NCBI GenBank assembly: GCA_023213395.1
Contig: CM041465.1
Span: 75,647,741-75,711,740, forward strand
Origin: Cycas panzhihuaensis
Taxonomy: Eukaryota > Plantae > Cycadophyta
DNA: 64,000 nucleotides
Direction of reading: 5' to 3'
This document shows, one piece after another, positions 52,420 through 64,000 of this stretch. A program made the translations under genes and the position numbers. The notes beneath the pieces are model-generated. The model made no database searches, had not been told where the DNA came from, and saw only the letters and a program-made list of their open reading frames with translations. Numbering within the stretch: position 1 is the first letter of the stretch; each line of letters starts with the position of its first letter.

Positions 52420-54890
52420 AGCATCATTTGAGATGAGAGGCATTTAGAAGATTGACCAATTCATCGCCTGTTAAAGTAGATAGATGATAAGATTCATTTT
52501 GGAGAACAAATGTAACTAAAAATGGACCAACCTGTGTTGAGCTCAAATTTCCTTCATATTGATTCATGGAAGAATAAAATCTTATTACTTTTTACTAATT
52601 TGAAATATTTAGAGTTGAATTAACCTATCATAAAAAGCTTTTACACATTTTTGTTTTGCTTTAAGGTTATGATGAGCTAATAATCTATGTTTATCCAACT
52701 ATTCAAGATTGAGCAAATGAGATTCTAAGATTTCAAATTCAAGTAAACTATTATGCAAAGTAATGCATAATAAGTGGATCTCAATTTCAATTGGAAAAAT
52801 TACTTCAGCTCCATATATTAGATGAAAAGGGGATTGTCATGGTTTTTGTTAGTGGTGGTAGGGTAAATTTGCAAATTCTAATCCCTTTTTCAAAGTGTTA
52901 ATAGTTTTTTAAAGGATTTTCCATAGGATTTTATTAAAAGTGTCTACCTATCCATTTGCGTTTGGGTAATATGGTGATGATTTGGCATGATCAATGTCAA
53001 GTTTGATACATAACTCCTAAACAACATTATTGATAAAATAAACACCTCAATCAAATACAAAAGTATTAGGGATTCTAAATCAACATATGATTTGGTTAAA
53101 GAGAAATAGGGCAGTGGTATTCTTATTAGCCTTAGTAATTGGCATTTCCTTTGGCCACTTAGTAAAATAATTAGTTGTTGTGATAATAAACTTATGCCCA
53201 TTTGGGGACAGGGGATTAAATGGACCAATGAAATCCAAAACCCAATTTGAAATGGACTAGAAGAAGAAACTAGATGTAACTGAGAGGGTGGTTTAAAAAT
53301 TTGATTACAAAATAATTGGCAACTAGAGCAATGATGAATAAATAAATGTACATCCATAAATAATATCAGACAATGATAGCCAACTCTCATAATCTTTTCA
53401 ACTATAGAATGGCTAGAAAAATGACCACCATAGACTCTTAAGTAATAATCATTTAGAATCTATTGAGACTCAACTTCAGAAACATATCTAAGAAGAATTG
53501 CATCTCCTATACGATATTATAATTCATCACCTAAAATGATGTAGTGGGAGGAAAGTAAACAAATACATCATTTCTCTTCTTAATTTAACTTAGGTTTATC
53601 AGTTTGTTTCTAAAGGTAAGTGATTATATTAGTATACCATTTTAAATTAGTTTTAAGTAGTAAAATATACTTGTTTGGGAAAGTCATCAAAAGTTCCAAC
53701 AAATTCTTTTTCAGGTATAGGCATATCAACAATGTGTTTTGCTATTGCCATCCTTTTTCTTTGCATTGGTTAAGTAAATTTTAAGGATAAATTCCTAGAG
53801 GAGGATTATCCATCTTCAAGCACAACAAAAAAAATCAAGTTGGGTAAGTAAATACTTTAAGGGATTAGAGTTTACCATCACCTTAGTGTGGGAAAATAAT
53901 AGATAATACTGTAAATTTTCAACGGCATAGATAATAACAAGACATTGATATTCAATTTTAGGATATGACAACTTTAAGTTAGAAAGAAGTTTACTAATAT
54001 AGTAAATGGCACATTCTTTCCCAAAGTTATTAAGTTGTATTAAAACAATGGATACTAATAAATTAGAGGAAGTAATATAAAATATAAAATTCTTTGAAAA
54101 ATTTGGAGGGGATAAGATAGGGACTTGAACAAAAGCCTCCTTAATATGTTTAGGAGCCTCTTAATAGATTGAATTCCAAATAAATGTAATATTCTTATGA
54201 CAAAGTAGATTAATAGGTTGGGTTTTTAAAGTAAGGCCAACTATAAAATGTCATAAATAACCTATTTTACCTAAAAAGGATTTTATTTGGGTAATAATTG
54301 TGGGCTAGGGCATGTCTAAAATAACTTTAAATTTATCAAGATCAATGCTAATCCCATGAATCCAAACTATAAAACCCAAAATTTTTCTAACTACACAACC
54401 GAATACACATTTGGTTGGGTTCAAATGGATTAGATATTTGATATACCTTTCAAATATCAATCTTAAATCATGTAAATGTTTAATGTGCTTAAGTGATCAT
54501 CCATTTATATCATCAACATAGGCATTAATTAAATTACGAGAAATGAGATTGTGAAATATGATCATCATTACCCATTTATATATGGCACTAATGTTGATAA
54601 GCCCAATTGGGATCACACAATAGGTGCAAGCACCCCATGGGGTAGTAAAGGAGGATTTTATTTAATCATTTTAAGCCATACAAATTTGGTTGTAGTCAGA
54701 GAACCCATCCATTAAGGACATGACTTCAAAATGAATAGTAGAATCAGAAATAGTGTCAATGAAGGGTAAAGGATGATTATTCTTAGGACATGCTTTATTA
54801 AGTTAATGAAAGTCAACACATACCTAAATAGTTTTATTTTTCTTGATAATAGGAACTATATTTGATACCCACTCTAGATAAAAATAAACT
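52420..54890 (-). pseudogene. Element E pol: RT (3' part)-RH-INT
   Basis: WVSNIVP..VCVDFH.LNKACPKN, LMDGFSDYNQI, AYVDD. INT YGGHFS, PYYP..NG, GPF, NASHLK. Confidence 0.88.
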
Positions 54891-54895
54891 TTGCC

Positions 54896-55107
54896 TATTA
54901 GACTTGCAACATAGATAGAGAAGAAAACTTCATCTTGATTATTATGGGGGATGAAACCTCCTTAAATATACATGAGCAAATATAACTGATACAAAAACTA
55001 ATGACATATGTCTGACAATTATCTAGAATATATTAGAAGTTACATAAAAGGGGGATTAAAAACATTACCCTCAAAGTATACTTAAGATAAAACATTTCAT
55101 CTTAACA
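54896..55107 (-). repeat. Copia D 3' LTR
   Basis: Direct repeat of 59141-59352; PPT adjacent. Confidence 0.92.
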
Positions 55108-55119
55108 CCCTCTCTTAAT

Positions 55120-58100
55120 GTTTTATCCCTTTAATCCTATTCTATTTCTAAGAACTTGAATCTATCTTTGTTGAATAGTTTTGTTAGAATATCTACAATT
55201 TATTTAATTGAACAATAGTATGTCAAGTTAAATTCCTTTTCCTACACCTTTTCCCAAATGAAATGATGATGCACCTCTATGTGCTTTGTTCATGCATGAA
55301 TAATATGATTTCTAGTCAATTTTATGGCACTTTGGTTATCACAAGGTAAGGTTGTTGTCCCATGCTATTGTTGATCCAGATCTAGAAGAAGTTGCCTTAA
55401 TCAGACTGCTTCACATGTAGCATTAACTACTGACTTGTATTCAACTTAAGTGGATAATAGTCTTAGTGTTGGTTGTCTTTTATTACTCCAAGAGATAGAT
55501 GTTGATCCTAAGAAGAAGTAATGTCTCTAGCCCAATCTGAATCATAGAAACCAATTAACTTATTTGATTTAGTTTTGGATAGATAAATTTTAAATTAATT
55601 GTGCCTTTCAAATATCTAAGTATCCTCTTGGATGCTTTCTAATCTCTTGTCTTGGGTTCCTACATGTGTCTTAAGGTAACCCATATAGTAAGAGATGTTT
55701 GGTCTTGTAGGGAGATAAATCAGACTTCCAATTAGTGATATGTATAGAATTGCATCTATTGCAGTTTTTCCATCACTTGGAACTAGATCATAATTGATTT
55801 CCATGGGAGTTGCATAACTATTACAATCTTCTATTTAAAATCTTGTTAATAAAATTTTTATGTATTTGCTTTGAGATAATGTAATTGATTCCTCATTTTG
55901 TTTGACTTCTATTCCTAGATAATAATATAGAAATCCTAAATCTATCATTTCAAAGCTTTTTTTCTAGCTAATTTTTTATACTTGATATTGATTCTATATC
56001 ACTTCCTATGAGAATTATATCATCTACATTGACTACATTTATTATGATTATTCCATATCTGTCTTTCATGTATAGCCTAAGATATGAACTCGATTTGAGA
56101 AAACCATTTTGTGAAAGAAATTTATCAAGTTTTGCATACTGTGCTCTTGGGGCTTGCTTTAGCCTATAAAATGCTTTCTTCAACTTGCAAACAAGATTTT
56201 CTTGATCCTTTTTAATGCAGCCTTGTGGTTGTTTCATATAAACTTCCTCTTCTATATCACCATTTAAAATTGCACTTTTCATATCTAATTGATAGATTTT
56301 CCAATTATTTTGGGTTGTTGAAGTAATTATTATTCTTATAGTGTCTAGTTTAGCAATATGAGAGTGTTTCATCAATATCTATCCCTATTGTTTAAGTATA
56401 CCCCTTACTATGGGTCTGGATTTATGCTTTCTATTCTACCATCAACATTTTCTTTTATTTTGTAGATCCACTTGCAATTAACCACTAGCTTATCCTTAGG
56501 TAAATTGACTAGCTCTCAAGTTTGATTTTTGGTGATGGATTCCATTTTGGCATCCATTATTGCTTGCCATTCTACATGATCCTTTACTTCTTCAAAGGAT
56601 TACAGTTCTATATTGTTGAATAATGCTTGATGTTTCTCTCTTCTTATCTTGTGTGTGAACACATCTCCCTTTCCTTCTTCAATAGTCTTGATGTACCACT
56701 TTGACACTCTTTTTTATTTCCTCTTCTCTTCAATCACTGATTCTTCTGGAGATAATTCTTCTCCTTCAGAGGCTAAGCTTTCATGAGGCATAGGTGTAGT
56801 TCTTAATTCTTCTACATCATCTCATCCTATGTTCTCTGATGTGATTCCAAAGATTTCTTCTACTAGATGATCTTCTTGCATTGTTACTTTTGGTGCCTCT
56901 TCAATTACTTGAGGGGGAGTGTGGCTTCCAGGAATATCTCCTTCATTGAAACTAACATCTCTACTTAGATAGATTTTATTATTTTAGGATCTATACAATT
57001 GTGAGCTTCTAAATTTTTACTATAACCTATTATAATGCAATCTATACTTTTGGAGTCAAGTTTGGACCTCCTTTTATCTGGTATATAAATGAAGGCTTGA
57101 CATCCAAACATTTTCAAGTTACTTACATCAAGTTTGCATCCTTTCTGTGCTTCTTCTAGAGTAACTTATTCTTAGGCCTTTGTTGGGCTTTAGTTTATCA
57201 GGTAATAGACTATACTTATTGCTTTTGCCTAGTAAGCTGTTGAGACTTGCCTGTCATGAATCATGTTATGAGCCATTTCCATGACAGTTTTATTTTTTCA
57301 TTAGCTACCCTATTAGATTATGGTGTATAGTGTGTTTTGAGCTATCTGTGTATTCTATTCACCTTGTAAAAATTTGAGAATTCATTCGAAATGTATTATC
57401 CTCCATTATTAGACTTGATACATTTTATTTTTGATTCTGATTCCAATTTGATTTCAATATTAAATTCTTTGAATGCATAAAAAACTTTAAATTTATTAAA
57501 GAGGAAATAAACCCATACTTTTCTAGAGAGATCATTAATGAATGTTAGAAAATATCTAGAGCCATTGATATAACGAGGAGTTGAAGTTCCACATAGGTCT
57601 GTATACCAATTCCAATTTATTTTGAGCATGCCATTCACCCTTTTTGAAAGGTAGACGTTGTTGTTTTCCAAACTGATAACCTTTACAAACAAAATGATTA
57701 GAAGTGATATTGGAGAGCTTATCAACCATTCTATTTTTATGCATCATTTCTAATCTGTCCAAATAGATATGCTAATATTTCAAATGCCACAAATTATTAT
57801 CGATATTAGAATTTACAACAACATATGCCTTTACATTCTCCTTTGGAACTATGAGATTTGAAAGAAGCCTATATAAGTCATTACTTTTTATTCTCTTAGC
57901 AATAACAATGCCATTATTTTTCATATATAATATATGAAAGTATCCTTCTTCATTAAATCTGGTTCTCAATCTTTTCTTTCTGAGCTAAGAGATAGACATA
58001 AGATTTTTTTTCAAACTTAGTACAAAAAGTATATTTCCAATTTTCTATATAATACCCTTTAATTTGATATCTATAGTCTTAATTCCTTTAATATTTAGTG

Positions 58101-58570
58101 AGTACTTATCCCCCATTTCAATAGACTTGTTGGGAGAATAAGGTTTAAGTGAATCAAACTAGTCCTCTCGATCTGTCATGTGTCATGAGGCTCTAAAGCC
58201 TATGTACCATACATCCTCATCTTTTAGGTTGGCTATGAAAGCAATAATGAAGGCAGTTTCTTCTTTCTCCTCATCAGCTTATTCCTTGCTATAGTTTCCA
58301 ATGTGATGGTTACCTCTTTGAGTTTCAACTCTCCTTTGAGTGCAATGATATAGGTAGTGATTTGATTGTCTGTACTGATAATATATGTCAAACACTTTGC
58401 AGTTGCTGAAAAAGTAACTAGGTTTTCCACAGTTGAAATAGACTCTCTCATCTCTTGGAGGGTTTTCACATCCTCATCCTCTGCTATCTTGCCCCCTTCC
58501 TCAGGAAGTACTTCTAAACTTTGGAACTTGTTTGTGACCACAAGATTGACCTCGACCCCTAGGTCCTAAA
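55120..58570 (-). pseudogene. Copia D gag C-terminus-PR-INT-RT-RH, disrupted
   Basis: Decayed knuckles FNCGKPSYFFSNC and YQYRQSNHYLYHC. PR WYIGFRAS*HMT. LWHLKY. INT RYFLTFINDLSRKVWVYFL. RT QLDMKSAILNG...VCKLKKAFYRLKQAPRA...NVDD. RH KHIEVHHHFI. Confidence 0.92.
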
Positions 58571-59140
58571 TCTAAAATTATTATTCATATATGACTCTTA
58601 AAATGAGAGAAAACTAGCTTGAAGTCTGTAGAGGGGCAACTAGGGTTTTTTAATGATTTACTTCAATCTTTCTAAATCTATAATAAATCTCTTTGAGAAT
58701 GGATTCAACAGAATCAAATAATCAAAACACAGGGTTTGTGAGTAATTTTACCTAGATTAAAGCTAGATTTTAAGCAAAAAATGAGAATAAATCCTCAAAC
58801 CCATGCAAATTGGTAAAGAACCAAAAGCAACCTCAAATTGGTCTCAGACGCCTTTGTGCTAGTTGACAAAGATGACGCTTGTATTGAGATATATCTTTTG
58901 AATAAATTTCATAAAATTCTAAGAACTTCAATTTTTTTTTGCCTGTATAGATTTGTACAAGTTTGTATAGAATTGATTTCTATAATTTTGGTCTTCTGAT
59001 AACTTTTGTTTCTTTGTCCTCAATGAATATCTTAGTCTCTTTTAGACTTCCTTTAACATACCACGCATTGTCTGGTAGTTTCTTTTTGGTACAGGTATTA
59101 TTCCTCTCTTACGTAGGCAGATTGACCTGCTCTGATACCA

Positions 59141-59352
59141 TGTTAGACTTGTAATACAGATAGATAAGAAAACTTCATCTTGATTTTTATGGGGGAGGAC
59201 ACCTTCTTAAATATACATGAGCAAATGTAACTAATATAAGAACCAATGACACATGTTTGACAAGTGTGTAGAATACATTAAGAATTACACAAAAGAGGGA
59301 TTGAAAACATTACTCTCAAAGTATACTTATTATAAAACATTACATCTTAACA
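59141..59352 (-). repeat. Copia D 5' LTR
   Basis: TGTTA..TAACA termini; Met-i PBS adjacent. Confidence 0.92.
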
Positions 59353-59357
59353 TTACC

Positions 59358-59690
59358 TTCAAAAGTTTTTCTATCACATTTTTAATAATTTGAGATAGTT
59401 AGGGATTTATTGGTCTCTATTTTTGTTTATAGGGTGAGCATTGAAATGAGTAATGACATTATAAAAGATAATGCTTGGGTCCATACCAAGCATGCCATCA
59501 TAAGACTATGCAAAGACTTTATGAAATTCCTTAAAAATGTTTATATAAGTTTGATATTGATCAAGGGTACACTCAACACCTAATTTAAATTTTTACAAAA
59601 TTGAAGTTATAGAAATATTGGCATAATTAATTTTGCCAAGTAGCATTGGTTTTCCTTCTTTAAAGGGTTGGGGGGTAAGTGGCAAAATGT
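59358..59690 (-). pseudogene. Element E pre-RT linker and RT N-terminus
   Basis: PFKEGKPML...KLGVECTLDQ...FKEFHKVFA*SYDGMLGMDPSII, homologous to C's FEEGNAM...VFVWDYSDMKGIDPSIV. Confidence 0.82.
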
Positions 59691-59699
59691 CATCCAATC

Positions 59700-62320
59700 C
59701 AAATTGTTAAACTATAGGAAAACTGGAGGTAGTCTAAAGAATTTTATCAGCATTTAAAGCATCAAGTTCATTAGGAAAAGACTCAAATTCAATTGATTTA
59801 AAGATGAATCACTACTACCAAAGGTGACAAAATGGTCAAAGATAAAGAATCAAAGTGGGTAGGAGAGTCTTAGGGGATAGAATAAGAATAAAGTTTGATT
59901 CAAAATGGATGCAAATAGTCCTCGACATAAAACTATAATGATGTCAACTTAATAACTAGGTAGACTAAGTCTCTCGATGTTGGCTTAATGACATCCTTAA
60001 TCCTTTGATAGCAAGTTATGTGATTTGTTTTAACCTAGTGACAATATTAGGGAAGTGAGTTGACTTTAAATTCTCATATTCTTTTCATGATTATATGACA
60101 ACTTAATTGACTTAAAAGAACTTTTAATGTGACTTAATTAATTCAAATATTAGGCCAAAGCAAATAGGTCAAAGATTGGGTTGAAGAGAATATGAGAGTT
60201 GGTAACAGTCCTAAGAAATTTTTACAAAAATAGATGACATAAATTATTGAATAATCACAAGCATAAGGATGTTATTATTCTACCCGGACTTATACATAAT
60301 CCTTTTTTCTTAGGAGCTTTAAGGGTTGGGATAGGTTAATGCACATATACTACAAACATTACAATCTTAGTTGATTACTCTAGAAAGAAGAAGAAAGAGG
60401 AGGATTTATATATAGGGTAGGTTAAACAAACTCCTTCTAGCCAACTAGTTTGATGGTGTCCATTAGAGTCTATAATGGTGAGTTTCAAGAAACCTAGGGT
60501 AGGGAGTCTTAGCATTAGAAGGATCTATGTACCATACCTGGCTTTATTTGGAAATGAAAAGACTTGATATAAATTGGCTCAACACAAAATAAAATTATAA
60601 TGACCGAGGGTTTGGGTACAAAACACTCAAGTAAAAAATAAAATGAAGGTAATATAAAGATAATAAGCCCTAATGGAATGAATAATGAGATCTATACCCA
60701 ATAAGTGAATAAGGAGCAAGCTCAATTTTGTTGATGAAGAAGTGCTAATGCTTAAGTCTTTAACAATCTTTGTTATATGAAATCTTCAACATGTATCTTT
60801 ATAATTCACTCATAAGATAGATAGTAGGTGTTAATATCTCCACTCACATAGAATAAAAGTAGCCACTTACAATAGTGATAAACATGTTCATTATCATGCT
60901 CATTGCATAAAACTTATGACCCCACAATTCCAAAGAATTATATAGAGAACTTAAAGAAGACAAGACTAAGGGCATCTATATTTATGATTGGTTTTCAAGT
61001 AATAGTTTGGGAGACACAGACAATAATGAGTTCTCCATTGAGGTGGTTGACCATTCTTCATGAATAAGGCATGATTCATGAGGGGAGGAGTTATCTCTAA
61101 GTTTTGAAATTTCTTTGACTCATAATTTTTAGGCTAAATAGAAAAGAAATAATTCCAGGATTATGTTCTTGTGGTGGTAATATCACTCAGTCACTAGTGG
61201 GAAAGTAAGCAGAAAAAATAAATAGAAAAAAGCATACAAACTTCTATCTACTCTAATTTATTAAGGAAACATTTATTGGTGAGCATTAGAAATCATACTT
61301 ATGAGCATTTCGTAAGCATGGGATATCTATAATAGCAAAAATGTGAAAAAAACAAACTAGATAGTAAATATAGCATAGAGTGGTTATTAAAGTAGAGTTA
61401 CGTGAAGCACAACTACCTATAACTTGATTGACTAATAATTATGAGTTAGAATAGAGGATGACATGTTGTACATTTGATGAAATGGTAGATGATTTGGCAA
61501 TAAGGATAGATTCAAACTTAATTGAGTTACTAATAGTATAATCAAGATATTTTTTAGTAGCTTCAATGAGATATTTATTGGAGTCTTAGATAATCTAGGC
61601 AATCATAGATGCACCTAGATTTCCCCATGATACACCATCAATATGAATAGACCAAGGTTGGATGGTTGATAACATGATTTGAAATCTCTTTTAAAAGTAG
61701 CAAAAATCTATAGTTTTTAGTAAGCAAATGATTAATAGAATATGCTTGCTTTATAATGAGAATATAAAAAAATGGAGAACAAAATAAGGATAATTATTTT
61801 GCATAAGAGAAAAGGATAAATATCATTGATAAGTAAAGTATTTAGTAAATAAATGAAGATTTAAAAGCTTGATAGGTAAGGAACACAAATATTCCATTGG
61901 ATTATGCCCTTAGAAAACCAACAAAAATTTGAAGTTGTGAAGGTAATATATATGCCTTAAAGGTAGGATTCAAGATACTCATTTATAGTTAAATTGTAAA
62001 GAGCAAGATTAACAACACTAAGGATAACATTGATTCATTAGAAGGGTAATGGCAAAACCCATCAAAAGGGAGTCTCTTTAAATTACATGAGAGTAAAAAG
62101 AGAACCAAGGAAAAGACAATAACTTCTTAAGGTTATAAGATACAGAGTAGATACAAATTAATTTTTGAAAGTTTTATATTTTTTAATGATTTTTTATAAT
62201 ATAAAGCAACATAGTTTGAGATGAAACCCTATCCATAGTTGTAAAAATAGATTGGTGATAGTGATAATGGCACATATATTCAGTAAATAAAAAGCTAGTT
62301 ATAACAAAGTAGAAAAGGTG
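59700..62320 (-). repeat. Diverged second copy of the block 1170-1663 plus 50246-52380
   Basis: Shared anchors throughout, for example gagttctccat.gaggtggttgacca, ccatcaatatg.atagaccaaggttggatg, aatatatatgcct.aaaggt. Confidence 0.8.
61270..61675 (-). pseudogene. aRH, copy 2
   Basis: MLSTIQPWSIHIDGVSWGNLGAS...TSNNSIKF...YSNS*LLVNQVIGS. Confidence 0.8.
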
Positions 62321-62551
62321 TTAAGTGATGGGGAATTTCTAAAGAATAATAACATAAAACAAATGCGATGGAAAAAGAAAACAAGCTAATTATATTAAAA
62401 AAACCCATTTATATGTCAATCGTGCTTAAGGTGGAGAGGGCTAACTCAAAATATACCAGGTTTTATGAGTTAGAAAATTTTAAAATTATTTTTATATCTT
62501 TTGCTTGTTTTGGTTTTAAGCATTTTACATTAATACTTAAGAGTGGAAAAA

Positions 62552-64000
62552 TGTGATTATGAACCCCCAACTTTGAAGCAAACATTGTCCTTAGAGGTAT
62601 CTGATGGCATAGAGGGACAATGAGCTAGAAAATCATGAAAGTCACCAAAACATGATGATGGAAAACCAAAAACATTGTATAAGTATGGGGGTGTATTTTG
62701 TCCCTAGTCCTTGTTGGATTATATTTTAGCATATAGACTATGAGGAAGATGGAATTTAAGATTGTATTGACTAGTGGAATGTAGGTACGAATTTTACGAA
62801 GGTATGCATGACAGAATAATGTAAGAAAGAGAGCATTCTAGGTGCATATAATAGGTGCATTCTATACTGGGTATGCAACAGAGAGTGCATACTATTTTCA
62901 GTATGCTAATAGACAATAGGGTACACATGAGTAGACCTGACCAAAAGGCACCCAGGGATGATGATGTCAGCTTAAAAGAATGTATAGATGTATGGATGGA
63001 AGAGGCACCATTAAGAGAAACTAATCATATGTTAAGTGAAAGGTTATATTGATAATGAAAATATACAATTATGATAGGGAGTTATAACCCTTCATCAAAA
63101 GATGCCAAAAGGATGCATTTAAGGAGACCATTGAGGACCATTCCAATGGTGAGAAACAAGCATTCATTCCATATGGTGGTATGATAACTAGCAAGCCAAA
63201 ATAGTGGTACGAACTAGAGTTACAGCAGATGCATTCCATGATGCATTCCCTTTTGGAACATATGTGACAAAATCCTATGTATGCAGTTGGAATGTATATA
63301 GGATACATTCCAAAACTGAATGTATAAGACATATTGCTTAATAAAGTGAAGAATTACATGGAATACTGTGTTTCATGCATACCATGATGATTGTATGATG
63401 GATACTTGCTGATTAATGTACTGCTATGTGTAATCTATGATGATATTATGTTGAATTATGGATGAATATATGATAACCTTGGGTGTATGGAATATGTTGA
63501 CTATACCCTAAGTTAGATTACTAGTGATCCCTAGACAAGTGTTAGTTTCATAAGTGTAGTGAAATAATGAGTTAACATTGGTTATGTTGCCTATGTCCAC
63601 TAAGGAGGGACTAGGCCAAGAGTTTTCACAAGGGAAGAATGTTCAAAGAGAGAAGACCTTGGCTATCATTGTGATGGCAGGCTGTAACTAAGCCCCTGAT
63701 AGCCAGGGGTCCTTCTAATACTACCTAAGAGGCCTTTAAGGCTAGGAGAGCCATAAAAGGGTACTTCACATAAGGGGAAAGAAATAAGTAGACAAAGGGC
63801 ATTACGATGGTCAAAAGAATCAAAATTAAGAAGGGTAAGAAGATTGAGTTTACATAATAATGAGACTAAGGGATAATCCATTGAAGAATCTAAGGCAAGT
63901 AGAGCCCAAACACCTCAAGAATGAGGAGAGGAAAATAATGATGAGCAAATGGTACTAACACCTTCTCTAATCAAGTGTGACCTTTTAAGCTCAAAAAATG
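62552..64000 (+). repeat. Possible start of a further Gypsy-type LTR running off the window
   Basis: PPT-like aagagtggaaaaa followed by TG, similar to B's aaagtggtaaa|TG. The sequence after it looks non-coding. No partner copy is visible. Confidence 0.35.

Larger units (their letters stand above)
54896..59352 (-). mobile_element. Copia D: Ty1/Copia LTR retrotransposon inserted in E's RT
   Basis: 212-bp LTRs at 54896-55107 and 59141-59352. TSD ttgcc/ttacc. Perfect PBS TGGTATCAGAGC (59129-59140). PPT aagagaggg (55108-55116). Confidence 0.94.
50246..62320 (-). mobile_element. Element E: very decayed Gypsy/Tat remnant; termini not resolved
   Basis: RT-RH-INT followed by aRH on the minus strand, flanked by two diverged copies of an aRH-containing block. 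Hosts elements A and D. Confidence 0.75.

Overview
This window is plant intergenic DNA made almost entirely of decayed, nested LTR retrotransposons. I found no host gene, RNA gene or CRISPR array. Target-site duplications (TSDs) give a five-level nest. The oldest layer is a minus-strand Ty3/Gypsy Tat-type remnant (E). Copia-type element A (1669-50240, TSD GAAGA) sits inside E. A carries Copia-1 (3983-9944, TSD TCCTT) and Tat element B (11926-49651), which inserted into A's primer-binding site. B carries Tat element C (16028-36146, TSD GAGAT). C carries a small gag-only element (16793-18978, TSD ATTTC) and a solo LTR (27367-28024, TSD GCTTT). Copia D (54896-59352) interrupts the RT of E. The Tat elements have an extra archaeal-type RNase H (aRH) downstream of integrase. 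From memory of the published classification this is the TatI/TatII layout, which suggests a gymnosperm-like or other non-angiosperm host (inference). The most interesting signal is that B and C each carry a homologous antisense, apparently intron-containing plant-mobile-domain (PMD) gene. Each also has its own family-specific palindromic or 20-bp-periodic DNA motif, found both about 530 bp into the LTR and just upstream of that antisense gene. This is a candidate TE-encoded trans-factor plus cis-target system. All alignments were made by eye, domain boundaries are approximate, and novelty was not checked against any database.
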